Source of the DNA: an uncultured delta proteobacterium
Lineage (GTDB): Bacteria; Myxococcota_A; Polyangia; Palsa-1104
Direction of reading: 5' to 3'
NCBI GenBank assembly: GCA_963785725.1
Contig: CAWAWS010000042.1
Span: 1-31,739, forward strand
Length of the DNA stretch: 31,739 nucleotides
Every line of letters begins with the position of its first letter. Position 1 is the stretch's first letter. Under the pieces are notes generated by a model, which made no database searches, was not told the origin of the DNA, and saw nothing but the letters and a program-made list of their open reading frames with translations. The translations under genes and the position numbers were made by a program. Of this stretch, positions 31,450 through 31,739 are shown piece by piece.

Positions 31450-31739
31450 ATGGGCGAGAAGCTGGAAGTCACGAGCATTCCCGGCATTCCGCTGGTGAGC
31501 GCGGGCGACGACTTGGTCGCGCTCATCGCCGCGGCGTTGACCGGCGCGAACGTCAGCCTGCGCGACGGCGACGTGTTGGTCGTGACGTCGAAGATCGTGT
31601 CGCGCGCCGAAGGTCGCTTCGTGGCGCTGTCCGACGTCGAGCCCTCGCCGCGCGCGGTCGAATTGGGCGCGCAAGTGGGCAAAGATCCGCGCATCGCCGA
31701 GCTCGTGCTGCGCGAGGCGACGTCGGTGTCGCGCGTGCC
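31450..31739 (+). CDS. cofE: Coenzyme F420-0:gamma-glutamyl ligase (partial, runs off the right edge)
   Basis: My translation: [26 protein letters not shown]...[20 protein letters not shown]...[12 protein letters not shown], the CofE/FbiB N-terminal signature. Alternative start 31441. Not in the ORF track. Confidence 0.88.
   Translation, partial: MGEKLEVTSIPGIPLVSAGDDLVALIAAALTGANVSLRDGDVLVVTSKIVSRAEGRFVALSDVEPSPRAVELGAQVGKDPRIAELVLREATSVSRV

Overview
GC-rich bacterial DNA whose gene content (PEGA-type Ser/Thr kinase, TPR protein, Cys-rich lipoprotein, FHA protein, sigma54 two-component system) points to Myxococcota/Polyangia; the taxonomy is inference. Left to right: start of a gene running off the left edge behind a sigma54-type promoter; a polytopic GT-C-like membrane protein; a TetR-MFP-RND efflux operon; a kinase/TPR/Cys-rich lipoprotein cassette; an HSL-family esterase; a minus-strand polyketide operon (PKS1, PKS2, Sfp-type PPTase, GNAT) preceded by a V4R/H-NOX-like protein; a histidine kinase and NtrC-type regulator; a YceI-like protein; an FHA protein; and the F420 genes npdG and cofE. 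The most unusual element is the Pfa-like two-subunit PKS. Each subunit begins with an inactive KS fused in front of an active KS (PKS1: KS0-KS-AT-ACP-DH0; PKS2: KS0-KS-KR-DH), the only ACP has Thr where the phosphopantetheine-accepting Ser should be, and there is no ER or TE in the window. Ten +1 frameshifts look like consensus artefacts rather than true pseudogenes.
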